From positions 868,001 to 932,000 of the forward strand of contig NW_027272008.1 of NCBI RefSeq assembly GCF_040938485.1: DNA of 64,000 nucleotides, in the 5' to 3' direction. A program made the position numbers and the translations under genes. Positions 27,801-38,620 of the stretch are shown here, in pieces. Position 1 is the stretch's first letter. Each line of letters opens with the position of its first letter. The notes beneath the pieces were generated by a model. The model had not been told where the DNA came from. It saw nothing but the letters and a program-made list of their open reading frames with translations, and did no database searches. The stretch is from Diadema antillarum. Its lineage: Eukaryota.

Positions 27801-30800
27801 TAATTTATCTCTACAATAATTTATGATGCACAGTTGTGGAACGATATTGTAGAAAATGAAACAGAATTTGCAAAAATTTATGTTTCTAGAACATCAAGGG
27901 AGCACTTGACTTTCAACATTTGCCCTTACATATCTCCGTAGCAAGTCATTTGAATGTATTTACACATTCAAGACCAGGAAAAAAACTTGGATAGTTTGTG
28001 TATGATCATTATCCAAATCCAACCTGGCTACATCTCAGTGAACAGGTTTGGTTGTACTTGTAGGCTTGATATAGCAACATGAAGTCCTCCAAATGAGCTA
28101 CATTGCAGTTCATTCACTGCATCAGACATGCTTTCCGTGAAAAGTTTTGTGCAACTATGTTACTCTTCTGTCTTGCTTCTTGACGTTCTAGCTCCCAGCT
28201 GTCGAGACCCTGTATCCGTGGCCTGGTCACTCTCTGTGCCCTCGGACTCCGCACCGGGGACCTGGTCTTAACCAAAGCGGCCCTGGCAGAGCTTGTGAAG
28301 CAGCCAGACCAGCACAAGTGGATCCAGGAATCTGTGGTTCTGACCGCTGCATCAAAAATCCTACAGGTACATGCTCTAACTGATGAGAGAGTATTAAAGC
28401 TAGCCCTGATTGGCACTCATATTTGATTGTAGGCTTTTAGCAGGTAATAGAAACACCAAGTTCAGTATGTGGGACTAATGATGATGATTTTTTACTGGGA
28501 AGTTGCATGAACTAAAGATTACCTGTATGCATGTGTTGTATCCAAAATTTCATATTTCCCTTGATGCTGACTCTACTGTCTGTGTGTCTCATTCTCTCCA
28601 GGGTAATGGCGATGAGGCACTAAAATGTTTTATCAAGGGTCTCAAGAAGTAAGTATTCAATTGCCTATTCCTATGGGAGCATGATCAGTCCAATATAAAG
28701 TGTACAGAATTTTAAGAATCTTGTAGAGAATGGTTCACAAACTTTGTAAGACAAAGGATCCAAGTATCCCTGTGATGAAACTGAAAATAAAAATTCTCAG
28801 AAAAAAATAACTGTGCTTTTTTTCTCATTTACTGATTCTTCTGAACTCCAATAGATTTAAATCACATTAATTCAGTGCAGTTGTTGTGGTACCAAGTCAT
28901 CAGATGTGATAGCCCATGGAGGCCTCCTGTGTACTTGCAGTTCCCCTCTGTTGATACATATGGAAAATTCTGTCCCATTTCATTTTTTTTTTTCATGTTC
29001 AAAAGTAGGAGAAAATATAGATATAATGTGAATTAGCTGAGAACATGACCAGAATTTTTTTTATTCTTCCTCCAGTCCAAGACGCACCGTACAGTATGTT
29101 TACCCCGATAATCCAGAAAAGAAATGTACTTCGTTTCTTACTAATATGTGCAAAAGAATACGCAAAATAACACAGTATTCACAATCTGTGAGTGAAGGCT
29201 AGGCATATCTGTCAATGCAGAAGATATTGATTTGCTGATTATGAAATGACCTGTGTTTCATTTGGTGTGACCATTTAGGTCAAATTTTGCCCAAACATTA
29301 CTTTCGGCTTCAACAATAATTTGGAATGGAAATAAAATGGAATACCTTTTACCGATGACTTATTTGGGCCTTGAATGTTGTATTTAGAGAATTGCTTTCT
29401 TGCCTCATAATAGATAGAATTATGTGGAACTGCCTCTGTATTTGAAATATGTTGACATGAAGAATGGCTGTTGAATTTAAAACTTTTGAACTTTTAACAT
29501 CTCTTTTCAGCTGTCCCAGTGATACTCCTTTCCGAGCTCTCACAGCTGAGGTGGCTATTCTTCTAGATCCGTCTTCCACCACGGTAAGATTGAAGAAGAC
29601 TTTTTTTTTTCTTTTGATAATCATCATTCAGTGATATGTTAGACACATAATTCCCTACTTTACCACAGAACTACCAATATTTGACTTCTTCCTTGACTGC
29701 CTTCAGAATATTTCAGGATTTATTCCAGTCCCAGAATTTCTCTGGCCATTATCTGAGTGAGGTAGCAAGTTATACCAGGTAACAAATCTATTTAGATACT
29801 CTTTATTATCCTTGATAGCAAAATTGTTGCAATGGTAGTTTAGAAAATGGGACTGAATGTGTTGAACATGAACTCATACATTGACTGATGTATGGCTTGT
29901 CTCGAAGTAGTTCAGGAAACTGAAGAACTTCATATATAGGTTTTGGCCGTTGATAGTCCCAAACAATTAGGAACCCAGAATTACCGTCACCAATGTAGGG
30001 AAGTTTATCTGATGCATCAGCGAATGATGACTTTTAGCCTGTATGATGGTATCCCCGGTTCCATTACATTTGCTCTTGTGACAGTTGCTCCCATAAAAGA
30101 TCTGCACACTAAGCCAAATATAAAACCTACCCACAAACATAACCCTAGCCCTAATCCTAATCCTCACATCAAACTAAACCTAAAACCCTATCACAACCCT
30201 ATCCCTTACCCTAAGTCCATGGAGAAAATAAGACCGGAGCCATTGTCGCAGGAGCAAATGTTGTGTCACTGTTATCCCCACTTTCCTGTTCCCTGAATAA
30301 ACTCTTGACAAAGGTCCATGGGGATATTGGATGTCCCAACCAAATGAAACATGATTGTCTGAACTATCCTGAAGTGCAGGGATTGGTGGTATATTAGATA
30401 CGGAAATTAAAGTGGGTGAATTGAATTGCTGTGAAAGATATATGATAGGCCATTTTATCTTACTGTCCTTGGATTCCACTTACACGTGTTTTACATAATT
30501 AGTGGTATATAACAGTTTTTAAAAAAGTGTTAAGTTTGTGCTTCTCTCTCTGTACTTCCCCCATAAAATGCCTCCACATATGTCATGTCGAGAGTGATGA
30601 TATACATGTATATTCTTTTGGAAGTCTTCTGAAATATTCACTTTGCTATCCAATTAAAAGTTATACTTTTGCATGTCATATCGTCGCTGGGGCGACAAGA
30701 CCTGGTATTGACAAAATGTCAAATGTTCAAGAGAGCCAAGAAACATGACGGCCAAAGCACTATAGCGAATGGGATAGCCTTTAATTTGACATGCCGTGGT

Positions 30801-33800
30801 GGCTTCATTTTTGGAATAAGACAGTTGGGATTTGGACAGGACCTCACTTAACCCATTATTTGACCATTTATCCAAAAAAGTCATTTTCACCAAAATTTCA
30901 GATACAAGGTCTTGTCACCCCAGCGACGATAAGTGTTTGTAGAATTTATTTGCCTCTATTCCCCTATCCATGCAAATTGCTTCTTTTAAACACAGTTGAA
31001 AGGTTTCAAAGGTTAAAGAATATTTTTGTTTCTGTACAACTCTTTTCTTTCATTTTTATTTTCCAGCTTGCCTCGGCATGCTGTCGCGTTGCACAAAGGC
31101 TTGGCTCCACACAAATGGTATAGACTTGACACGTCAGCAACTTTTTTGTTTAATAATTAGTCTTGTTTACCAGTATATATGCACATTTGCCATGGGTACA
31201 CTTGTTTTCCGTAGACCTTGCTTCACTTGTTCCACCATATGTTACCTTTGTATTTAATCCTCCATTCTATTCATAATATTGCCTACAAATATACCAAAAG
31301 CATACCGGTACTTAATAAAACTGCCTATTTATGTTGCTCTACTCTATGTTATGATGATTATTGGTGCTTTATTGTGTAAAGCTAGGTTAGATTTGTAACA
31401 AGTCAATAATGCAGTGGTCCAAAGCTACATGAATAAAGCAAATGCTGAAAATATAGAGGCAGGATTTCAAACAGCATAAACTGGAGCTTTCTGTGTGGAC
31501 TTGCTATTTTTATTTGAGACATTTTTTCTGCATTTCATCTGTTGCCTTACACAGAGCATACTACAAGTTGATTCATCGACAGAGCTTAGCTCTGGTAACC
31601 ATGGCGACCCTTCTACATGTCGATTGTCTCCTAGCTTGATAGCAGCTCAGAAGGCAGTCCACGCCATGCCCGGTAAAAGATTCTTAACTTTCAAGAAGAC
31701 AAAATATTCAAAAGCAACTTGGAAGGTGTTTCTGTTAAATGTTTCTTATTACTCTCTACTGTCAGCTTTACACTGTAAAATCATATAAGATTTGATGTTG
31801 GTGCTATCCATAACACACAATGTAACACAGATCTTTGGAATATAAAGTTCCTGCTGGGGGGTGTTTCATAAAGCTGTTCGTAAAGTTACGAACGACTTAC
31901 GAGTGACTGGTGATCAGTTCTTGTGCTGAATTATGGAAATTCTGATAAGTATAGCACATCAGAACTGATCACCAGTCGCTCATAAGCTGTTCGTAACTTT
32001 ACGAACAGCTTTATGAAACAGGGCCCTGTAGTGTACACAACTTCTTGCATTACTATTTTGCTGTGAGATTCTTTTTATCTTCTGTAGCAATGAGTTTGCC
32101 GTAAGTGCTCACTGTGCCAATAAGAATGCTGCAACAATAACGACATGTCTTTTATCTTTTGTGGTACTAGGTGATGTGAACAACTGGGCCCTGCTGGGGG
32201 CAGCCTGCTCTGCCCAGACCACTTGGCAGGCCCTCCACCAGAAGGATGCAACTCTGTTGGATGTCAACCTTCAGATTTCCAAGTTCCTCCTCCAAATGAG
32301 TAAGGAATCTTTGTTTGTTTTGAGTGACAGGGGGGTTTGTTTGTCTGAACAGTTAACTCATTGCATCATGGAAGGAAGGCTCACCACGATAAAAGGGAGT
32401 TTAGTCCACCTTTTGGGAGCAAAGTGAAGTTGAGAGAATGTAAAAGGATTGCTCTGATCATATTGTAGGGTACATTTTCACTGGAGTGTAAAATGAGAAA
32501 GTGATCAAGTTTCAGAATTGCAAACTTGGCATTTACAGCTGTATTTGCATGCATTATTTACTTTTTGCTACATGTGCAGCTTTTCACTTCCAAGGATTGA
32601 TCCATTTACTTCACCATATCATAAGGGGCAGGAACCATATATTTCAAAGAATTTTCTGCATTAGTAGTACATTTCTGATTTGTCTTTTACCATCTCTTTT
32701 GATGATCACTCGATGTTACCATTCATCACCCCTCAGACAAGGCAGACTCCAAACTCGCCCCGTGGGTCTCCATGCACACAGTATTCTCTATGCTGCAGAG
32801 TAAGCAGTGGGATGAAGCCTCCACTCTCTCCAAACGGGTAAGACAGGATCACGCCTCTGTGCACATCAGAATTCTTGGTCTGCTTTTATCCTTCCATCTC
32901 AAATTTTTAGAGTTGGGTGGAGCGGGGACCCTCGGGAAATTCTGCCGTCAACTTTTGGTTTCTGTGTACTTTTAGTGGTGGATGGTTTCATGGTACGCCT
33001 TGTATTCTTTCTTGGATGTTATTGTGGTCCACATTTTGCATCTGGAAAAGAATGTTTTGTGTACAGTGACAACATCCACCACTAGATGTTCTACTGTTGT
33101 GGAAACTTTCAAAGAATACATTTTCTATGCTGTAATTCATCAGCACTGTTTTGTACCTACTTCATATTTATTCATATGCCAATCTAGAGTGACATCAAAT
33201 TTGATTTTAATTCTATATGAATCGATTTGCTTCGTGCAACCCCTAAAGAAGCAATTGATAGCAACCATAAGATCAATTGCATTTAAAGTTACCTCCAAAG
33301 GGTTATAGGCAATGAGGATAAAATGCCTTGCCCATAGAGCACAACAGCTGCAGCCTGGGGAGTCAGACCAGGGACCTCTTCTTCATGTGCAAAATTAATG
33401 TACTCTTACTATCATTAAAGGGATAGTACAGTATTGGTGGAGATGAGAATTGGGCTTGTAACTTTTTGTGAGATACCAAGAAAACACTTATGATATAGTA
33501 CAGAGCATACCATTTTAAGAGGAATTCAAAGTTTATTTGATGAAAATCGGGTTTGGAATGACTGAAACATCCAAAAACAAAGTAAAACAGAGCGATTGTA
33601 ATAAAGTGTGGGTCCCACACTTTATTAGAATTGCTCTTTTTTGGATATCTCAGCCATTTCAAAACCAATTTTCATCAAATAAACGTTGAATTCCTCATAG
33701 AATTACATGCTCTTTCATATTTCATAAGATGTTTCTCATTATCTCACCAAAAAATGTTAGAAACCTGAAATTAGGTCTCAACCAAAACTATACGATCCCT

Positions 33801-36800
33801 TTAACAGTGATGCTGAAGTATTTGTGTTCTCTTTTATCCAAAGTGTCAGGATGCTTACATTTGATATACACAGTTATCCACACAAACATGTTTGAAGTGT
33901 TTCTTGAGTGGAGTCGATGAAGCTGCCTGTCTCAATTCTGCAGGACAGTGCTCCAAATAAAATGGTTCCATTTCATTTGCTCCTGCGACAATTCCTCCCA
34001 TGAAATATCTACACGCTTAGCCAAACATGAATTCTACCCACAAACATAACCTTACATGTAACTCTAATCCTAGTCCTCACATCAAACGAAACCTACATTT
34101 GTAAAACCCTATCACAACCCTAACCCCAACCCTAAGTCCTTAAGAAAATAAGACAGGAGCAATTGTCACAGGAGCAAATGTCGTGTCACTGTTCCAAATG
34201 CTGGAAGCAAACAACATAACAGACTCAAGATTTAATGTTGGGGTACATGACATGTTTACTAAACGCTGTAACTCACATCCTGCCAGATTGAAATTCTATA
34301 TATTTCATACAATTTCCTCTGACAGGTAATCGATTGGTGTGACTACGGAGAGGAGGCAAATGCCAACCTCCGTTTGCTCCACTGTCTAAGCGGCTGGATG
34401 AAGACTAGGAAGTCATCTGGATTCGGTCCAATCAGGGACGTCGTGGCACAGTCTCAGTCGCTCTGGGCGTGGCAGGTAGGATGATATGAGTGCAGTGTTC
34501 TCCACGCTCTTATACTGTAAGTGACAGATTTTGTCTGTCAGTGGAAGTGGCAAGGAAATAGCATCAGTCAATAGTAAGATTTGCCTGAAAAATGAGGGGG
34601 GGGGGGAATCTTCTTTTTTTTTTCTTCTTCTTTTTGTGTGAACATGTTGGATACTGTTTTTTGCTTCCAGGGAATCTTACCAGTGTTTATTTTAGATATT
34701 TCATCTTGCATATCACTTCAGGTTATTGTAGTTTTCGTTGGTTTATTTGTTCTGGTCGTTGTTACTCTTGTTATTATCTTTACCATCTCATATTATTATT
34801 ACCGGTACTACTAATAGTACCACTGTAAAACCAGAAATTTTCTTGCGCATTTGAATTTTGCAAATTTTACAAGAGCCTAGATTTGCAAAATTAAATGTAC
34901 ATGCAAGTTCTTGTCTACACTATATGCATTGAATGCCAGTGGCAATTCGCAAAAATGTCATGCCCCAGAAAGGCCGTCAGTGCCAATTTGCAAAGATTTC
35001 ATGCCACGAAAATGTCTTGCTGTACAGTAGCTATTGTTATCATCATCATTATCCCACTATTTTATTTCTGTCATCATTATCATTGCTGATGTTCTTTGTG
35101 TTTGTTGAAATTATCGCGATGATTATTCATCATTCTAATCCTTCTGCACCAACCCACATAATGTAGACTCTGGGCAAAATCTACTCTGAGCGTGGGATGG
35201 CGCTGGCTGCAGAGGCCTGCTACCGGAACTGCCTGCAGCTAGCCGGGGAGAGGAGGCAGACCACTCTGCACCATCAGCGAGCTCACATTGCCCTCATGGG
35301 CCTCAGGGTAAACAACATATATTTAATATGTTTTTTTTTTTTTTTTTTTTTTGTTTTTTGGTTTTTTTTGCATAAAGAGCCACCTCAGGATAATGCTGCA
35401 TATTTTCAAAAGCTTAATATTTATTCATATCATTTATATTAATCTATATAAATGCAAAAATGAAGACGTATTTTATGATCATGTATATGTACATGTACCT
35501 CAGTGATATGGAGTGTGAAGTGAGTAGTATCCTTTTTTTGAGCAGTGAAGTTAGTAATGTCCACCACGGAGACAATATACATTATATTTGTGTCATGGGA
35601 GGCAATATTTTGACACATTAATTTAATTTCATGACTATTGGTCTACTCATGAAATAAAATCCAGTGCAAAAAAATGTGGCATTTACAGTAGTCTTGGGCT
35701 TCTGTTGGAAGTTGGCATTGTTTTGAAATATGAACACTTTTTATTTCACTTGCTGTAATTAATTGCCTGGACCCAAACATTGCATTTGAAACCCAGTTTT
35801 GCCCCCAAACCCCCCATCCTCAAAACTTATCTATATAATCATCAACTGATATTTATGGTGTTATCCAGAAAAGTATGATTTTTCGTTTATATATATATAT
35901 TTTTAATAATGTAATCTGATGTAAGCAGGGGGGAACGGATGTGGACCTGTGGACCAACCTGGGCCAGGAAACTCTGGACAAGCTTGATCATCAACCCATC
36001 AGCCACCTCTTCAAGGCCCTCATGTTCCAGCTCCTTGGCAAGCACGAAAAGTGAGTTTTTCTGCTTTAAGTCTTGTTTTTTGTTTTGTTTTGTTTTGTTT
36101 TTGTTTTTTTTTTTGCTTGTATCTAAGGTCAGGTGGTTGGATGTATCCATTCTGTCTATTCCGTGAGTGCAGTCAACCTGTAATATTTCTTGTCTGTTAA
36201 TTCTACAATCTGTTTATCTGCATCCAAATAATGCATTTCACTAGTTTTTTACATCCTCACTCCATTGATAGAGTTGCCAATTTGACTCACATAATGATAT
36301 GTTTACAGCATGCATGACTGCATTCCTCTAGCACGCTAACAGCCTGATTGACTGGATGAGCACACGAAAACACAAGCACACACGCATGCGAGCTGCAGTC
36401 CAGTATCTCACTCAGTGGTTTCGAAATGAGTGTCCTTTTTACTAAACCCCCGAAACTCCTACATTACTTGTTAAACCCACAATAATTTTTTATTTGTTTA
36501 ATCCACATTATTTTTATGCATCTTCTGTGCCTCTCATAGAAGCATATGTTTAAGAGGGGTATTTACTTTTTATTGCTACTAGTGTGCAGGTAATTATTCT
36601 TTATACCTAAAATCTGCTTCCACAATCATCTGATTAGATGGTGATGTACTCCTAATCCAGCTACTTAATTTGGAGTATGCAACAGTACATAGCCATTTTT
36701 AAAGAAAATTTGAGGATGCCACATTATGAGGAAGAGAAAAGATGGGATATGAGAGAAGAGGATATGTTTTTTTGAAGAGCTTCATATATCTGTTGTGTTT

Positions 36801-37831
36801 GTGTTATGTTCTGTAATCCATGAGGTTTAATTATTAGCTGCATTTGCACATCATCTGAAAGTTGATGCAGTGCAAGTATTTGCGCTACCGGTACTTGTTT
36901 CAGGCGTCAAGTATGACCGACATGCAGCATTTATTCAGTCTGTATAGCAATATGAAGATGTCCTCTCATGCTGATGTTTGCACAATTAAGTATCGATGGT
37001 TGGCATCAATCAATGACTTTAAAAAAAAATGATATATTCATGGAGATTCTTGCACAAAGTGATGTGTTAACATTTATGCAATGCAATATTAACAGCCACT
37101 GCTTTCTGCCTTGTTTTACTGAAGAGTGATTCGGAAAGAACTCGACCGTGGAATGAAAAGCATCGAAACACCTGGCAGAGGAGGCTACACAGAGTCCATA
37201 TTGCGCTACCACCTGGTAGAAGTCCTCCAGAAAAAGGACAAGGATGCAGCACAGGTAAGACCTCTGCTGGCAGTGGTAGTCATGTCTCTAGCATTACCAT
37301 GGGGTGAACTGTGAGGTATTCCATTGCTTATGGGAACCGTCTGTGTCATGCATCAATTATACAGGAAAATCATGCGAGAGTCAACATTTTTGCTTGAATG
37401 TACCTCCTCCTTGTTTATAACCATCCAACATCTGTAGGCTTGAAGAAAACCTTCAAGCACATGACGAGATATGCTTTGACAGGACTAGGTTAACTGTGAA
37501 AAATTAGCGTGATCAAATAACTCAAACACTTTGGAAGACAGAAGATGATCTCACACAACAATTTGTCACCCCATTCAATCATACTTAACCCAAACTTGAC
37601 TTTTAGGATGCACTATTTTCATTTGTAGCCAATGTACTACTGATATGGAATTTGTTCAGCCTTTTAAAACTTATCAAAAAAAATGAATGTTTGTATCATA
37701 TCTAAAGTTTGGAGAAATAAAAGAAAGATTATTATTACTTTCATGTCTGCTTCTCTTTACAGGCTCTGGTTGATGATGCCATCAAGGAAGAGGACCCTCT
37801 CTGTATGAGGTTGCAGGAGCTAATACGGTGA
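1136..37831 (+). CDS. TTC37: SKI complex subunit TTC37/SKIC3 (TPR protein); 5'-incomplete, 37 coding exons in window
   Basis: 37 AG/GT-bounded exons join with matching phases (3836 nt = 2 + 1278 codons incl. TGA). Recalled TTC37 motifs: [83 protein letters not shown]. Start lies upstream of the window. Confidence 0.95.
2024..2277. mobile_element. MITE with about 35-bp TIRs (TGTGACCCGCCACAACAAAAGGATCC)
   Basis: Inverted termini at 2024-2058 and 2243-2277; termini resemble the element at 21784. Confidence 0.75.
2769..2914 (+). CDS. TTC37: TTC37 exon
   Basis: ctcag|..|gtatta; [22 protein letters not shown]. Confidence 0.8.
2996..3239. mobile_element. MITE, probably PIF/Harbinger-like
   Basis: cctgtttcataaag .. 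gtgaaacaggccc termini; TIR motif repeated internally. Confidence 0.55.
3651..3742. mobile_element. About 92-bp TTAA mini-MITE family, copy 1 (others at 7856-7948, 12655-12747, 20930-21022, partial 24945-24995)
   Basis: ttaaCCCATTGAGGAC..CTCAACGGGttaa termini; shared core gtatactc..ggtgtctatgggaaatgcgtgttgtagcaaaatcag. Confidence 0.75.
3786..3875 (+). CDS. TTC37: TTC37 exon
   Basis: cacag|..|gtatga; [30 protein letters not shown]. Confidence 0.8.
4492..4595 (+). CDS. TTC37: TTC37 exon
   Basis: tgcag|..|gtaagt; [34 protein letters not shown]. Confidence 0.85.
5561..5672 (+). CDS. TTC37: TTC37 exon
   Basis: atcag|..|gtactt; [30 protein letters not shown]. Confidence 0.92.
6222..6866 (+). mobile_element. 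Helentron-associated non-autonomous element (HINE/DINE-1-like) with 3 x about 150-bp internal repeats
   Basis: 5' subTIR tgtccccgccg (6225) plus short IR, (GTCY)n microsatellite, tandem units at 6361/6509/6665/6820, 3' subTIR cggcggggaca (6830), hairpin attacgc-acc-gcgtaat, T-rich flanks. Confidence 0.8.
6901..6980 (+). CDS. TTC37: TTC37 exon
   Basis: tttag|..|gtaagt; [26 protein letters not shown]. Confidence 0.92.
7679..7778 (+). CDS. TTC37: TTC37 exon
   Basis: accag|..|gtaatg; [25 protein letters not shown]. Confidence 0.92.
8327..8531. mobile_element. TA-flanked about 205-bp MITE family (CTGTAAAAC termini), copy 1 (others at 10501-10707, 27413-27619, 34823-35027, 49082-49254)
   Basis: ta|CTGTAA..TTTTACAG|ta; shared core gttcttgtctacactatatgcattgaatgccag. 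Confidence 0.85.
8575..8699 (+). CDS. TTC37: TTC37 exon
   Basis: tgcag|..|gtctgt; [31 protein letters not shown]. Confidence 0.92.
9448..9483 (+). CDS. TTC37: TTC37 exon (36 nt)
   Basis: tgcag|..|gtaagt; [11 protein letters not shown]. Confidence 0.88.
9631..10144 (+). mobile_element. tRNA-containing retroposed insertion with inverted and tandem duplication (Penelope-like geometry)
   Basis: 13-bp TSD atgataattttgt (9618-9630, 10145-10157); 136-bp inverted copy; 74-bp direct repeats; A/B boxes. Confidence 0.75.
9943..10014 (+). other. tRNA-like cloverleaf inside a mobile element (not called a functional tRNA)
   Basis: A box TGGTCTAGTGG, B box GGTTCGAATCC, acceptor/D/anticodon/T stems can be drawn; C at position 33 and a mismatch in the anticodon stem. 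Confidence 0.55.
10249..10333 (+). CDS. TTC37: TTC37 exon
   Basis: tatag|..|gtgagg; [28 protein letters not shown]. Confidence 0.92.
10501..10707. mobile_element. CTGTAAAAC MITE copy 2 (reverse orientation, CpGs retained)
   Basis: Reverse complement of the 8327 family. Confidence 0.85.
11158..11189 (+). CDS. TTC37: TTC37 exon (32 nt)
   Basis: aatag|..|gtaagt; [10 protein letters not shown]. Confidence 0.88.
11897..11997 (+). CDS. TTC37: TTC37 exon
   Basis: gatag|..|gtgagg; [26 protein letters not shown]. Confidence 0.92.
12516..12618 (+). CDS. TTC37: TTC37 exon
   Basis: tgtag|..|gtgagt; [23 protein letters not shown]. Confidence 0.9.
13345..13506. mobile_element. PIF/Harbinger-like MITE
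   Basis: aat|GGCCCGAATTCACAAAG..CTTTGTGAATTTGGGCC|aat (3-bp TSD). Confidence 0.7.
13583..15331 (+). mobile_element. HINE/Helentron-type element carrying an about 330-bp tandem array
   Basis: 5' agctcacctgag plus IR ctcaagtgagct, CGTC-type microsatellite, units at 13796/14120/14461/14798/15130, 3' ctcaggtgagc plus hairpin agacccgcgggtct, T-rich insertion site. Confidence 0.85.
15641..15733 (+). CDS. TTC37: TTC37 exon
   Basis: ctcag|..|gtacgg; [21 protein letters not shown]. Confidence 0.92.
15779..15825. repeat. (GT)n microsatellite
   Basis: Direct reading; about 45 nt downstream of a TTC37 donor. Confidence 0.95.
16676..16762 (+). CDS. TTC37: TTC37 exon
   Basis: tgcag|..|gtaaga; [28 protein letters not shown]. 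Confidence 0.88.
16781..17032. mobile_element. MITE with nested inverted repeats
   Basis: tctagagtaatt/aattactctaga termini; gtgcctatttgcagcaggggca/tgcccctgccgcaaataggcac. Confidence 0.7.
17507..17630 (+). CDS. TTC37: TTC37 exon
   Basis: attag|..|gtgagg; [23 protein letters not shown]. Confidence 0.92.
17946..18480. mobile_element. TA-type MITE (CAGTCAACCTTGC) interrupted by a TTAA foldback element
   Basis: Uninterrupted copy at 40717-40896. Confidence 0.8.
17963..18313. mobile_element. 351-bp near-palindromic TTAA-flanked element (Kolobok-like AGGG termini, inferred)
   Basis: ttaa|AGGGGATGGC..GCCATCCCCT|ttaa; arms about 160 bp. Confidence 0.85.
18561..18639 (+). CDS. TTC37: TTC37 exon
   Basis: tgcag|..|gtgagt; [26 protein letters not shown]. 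Confidence 0.92.
18940..19260 (+). repeat. Pyrimidine-rich dispersed repeat, homologous to 41340-41600 (minus)
   Basis: Shared words tgttgttccttatcttg, ggatcatcactg, cctctgc, ctttaatccc. Confidence 0.65.
19866..19927 (+). CDS. TTC37: TTC37 exon
   Basis: ttcag|..|gtaaga; [20 protein letters not shown]. Confidence 0.92.
20261..20386 (+). CDS. TTC37: TTC37 exon
   Basis: ttcag|..|gtaaag; [24 protein letters not shown]. Confidence 0.93.
21333..21407 (+). CDS. TTC37: TTC37 exon
   Basis: cctag|..|gtaagt; [25 protein letters not shown]. Confidence 0.93.
21784..22473. mobile_element. About 690-bp non-autonomous DNA transposon
   Basis: TIRs gtgaccctgcatcacaaaaccaacaaaaagtcgc / gcgactttttgtttgttttgtgatgcacggtcac. 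Confidence 0.8.
22968..23200. mobile_element. MITE with 14-bp TIRs and internal inverted repeat
   Basis: gaagtatctggata / tatccagatacttc; gccgccatcttacca / tggtaagatggcggc. Confidence 0.7.
23276..23420 (+). CDS. TTC37: TTC37 exon
   Basis: tgcag|..|gtacgt; [28 protein letters not shown]. Confidence 0.92.
24578..24671 (+). CDS. TTC37: TTC37 exon
   Basis: gccag|..|gtaagg; [30 protein letters not shown]. Confidence 0.9.
25244..25321 (+). CDS. TTC37: TTC37 exon
   Basis: ttcag|..|gtacac; [25 protein letters not shown]. Confidence 0.9.
25529..26079. mobile_element. Tigger/pogo-like MITE (related short copy at 38890-39085)
   Basis: ta|CAGTGCACTCC..GGAGTGCACTG|ta; repeated subterminal gttataacgaa; internal (AT)n. 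Confidence 0.85.
26354..26481 (+). CDS. TTC37: TTC37 exon
   Basis: accag|..|gtatgt; [33 protein letters not shown]. Confidence 0.88.
27243..27366 (+). CDS. TTC37: TTC37 exon
   Basis: agcag|..|gtaagg; [24 protein letters not shown]. Confidence 0.9.
28192..28366 (+). CDS. TTC37: TTC37 exon
   Basis: tctag|..|gtacat; [24 protein letters not shown]. Confidence 0.9.
28602..28648 (+). CDS. TTC37: TTC37 exon
   Basis: tccag|..|gtaagt; [15 protein letters not shown]. Confidence 0.85.
29511..29583 (+). CDS. TTC37: TTC37 exon
   Basis: ttcag|..|gtaaga; [24 protein letters not shown]. Confidence 0.82.
30067..30269. mobile_element. TIR element with degenerate CCCTAA-like core (second copy 33974-34189)
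   Basis: catttgctc..gaca / tgtcgcaggagcaaatg; aaccctagccctaatcctaatcc core in both copies. Confidence 0.65.
30679..30931. mobile_element. MITE
   Basis: tatcgtcgctggggcgacaagacct / aggtcttgtcaccccagcgacgata. Confidence 0.75.
31067..31117 (+). CDS. TTC37: TTC37 exon
   Basis: tccag|..|gtatag; [17 protein letters not shown]. Confidence 0.8.
31555..31672 (+). CDS. TTC37: TTC37 exon
   Basis: cacag|..|gtaaaa; [20 protein letters not shown]. Confidence 0.85.
31856..32025. mobile_element. Palindromic Harbinger-like MITE
   Basis: tgtttcataaagctgttcgtaaagttacgaac / gttcgtaactttacgaacagctttatgaaaca. Confidence 0.75.
32171..32299 (+). CDS. TTC37: TTC37 exon
   Basis: actag|..|gtaagg; [16 protein letters not shown]. 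Confidence 0.88.
32737..32837 (+). CDS. TTC37: TTC37 exon
   Basis: ctcag|..|gtaaga; [33 protein letters not shown]. Confidence 0.85.
33419..33800. mobile_element. TTAA-flanked about 385-bp MITE (copy at 62796-63188; relative at 52851-54983)
   Basis: ttaa|AGGGAT..ATCCCT|ttaa; internal palindrome aataaagtgtgggtcccacactttatt. Confidence 0.85.
34326..34475 (+). CDS. TTC37: TTC37 exon
   Basis: gacag|..|gtagga; [26 protein letters not shown]. Confidence 0.85.
35167..35307 (+). CDS. TTC37: TTC37 exon
   Basis: tgtag|..|gtaaac; [26 protein letters not shown]. Confidence 0.92.
35929..36050 (+). CDS. TTC37: TTC37 exon
   Basis: agcag|..|gtgagt; [34 protein letters not shown]; weak pyrimidine tract so the 5' edge is less certain. 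Confidence 0.78.
37125..37254 (+). CDS. TTC37: TTC37 exon
   Basis: tgaag|..|gtaaga; [29 protein letters not shown]. Confidence 0.82.
37763..37831 (+). CDS. TTC37: TTC37 last coding exon
   Basis: tacag|[25 protein letters not shown] at 37829-37831. Confidence 0.88.
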   Translation, partial: ALVDDAIKEEDPLCMRLQELIR

Positions 37832-38620
37832 ACTGAAGGAGGCAGATGGAATCAAGCGTCATCATAAAATCTGATAGTGTTAGCGTCAACCACAATGCCA
37901 TGATGTGATAGAGCCAAATTTTTCAAGAGCTCCTACTGGAACCTTTTGTTTCAAAGGAAGAAATCATGAAAGCAAAAACAGATTTTACAAGATACACTAA
38001 ATAAATAATTATGTACTAAGGATGTTTAAAATGCTTGTGAAAGGGCTGTCATAGTACTTTTTGTTTTGAAGAGAGACAAAATGAAATTACATGTGTGCTG
38101 CAAGAATATAATGTATCATCTGACTGTGGTAAAGCCTTGTTCCTGTTTAATGTTTTGTTGAAAAAGTCTGAAATCTGATTATACTCTCAACTCTTACATC
38201 CCTGATGTAGAGAGCTGGCAAGAGAAGGAATTTGATTGGTGTATCTGCAGATACTGCCTTTTGACATAAAGATTATAATGTGGCACTTGTCAGGTTTTGG
38301 TGGCAGAAGGGTGTATCTAGATAAAACAGACTCTAATCCTGGTAATGAATAGTTTTAAAAGACTATGAGATGATAGATAATTTTCATTTGCAATATTGTG
38401 TTCCGTGAAAAATGGCCGGATATTAATAGCATTAACGTTTGAGTACTGAACTTCACTTTCACGTTTCAAGTTATAGTTTGCTCATAAAATTTCTTATTGT
38501 AGCTGTGAGTAGGAGTGTGGCAGTGACAGTATGTCTATACAAATCATGTGAAATGTGAAATCATGGGGGAAAAAAGAAAATTCAAAAACTATTTTTTACC
38601 GATTACAATACACTGTATTG

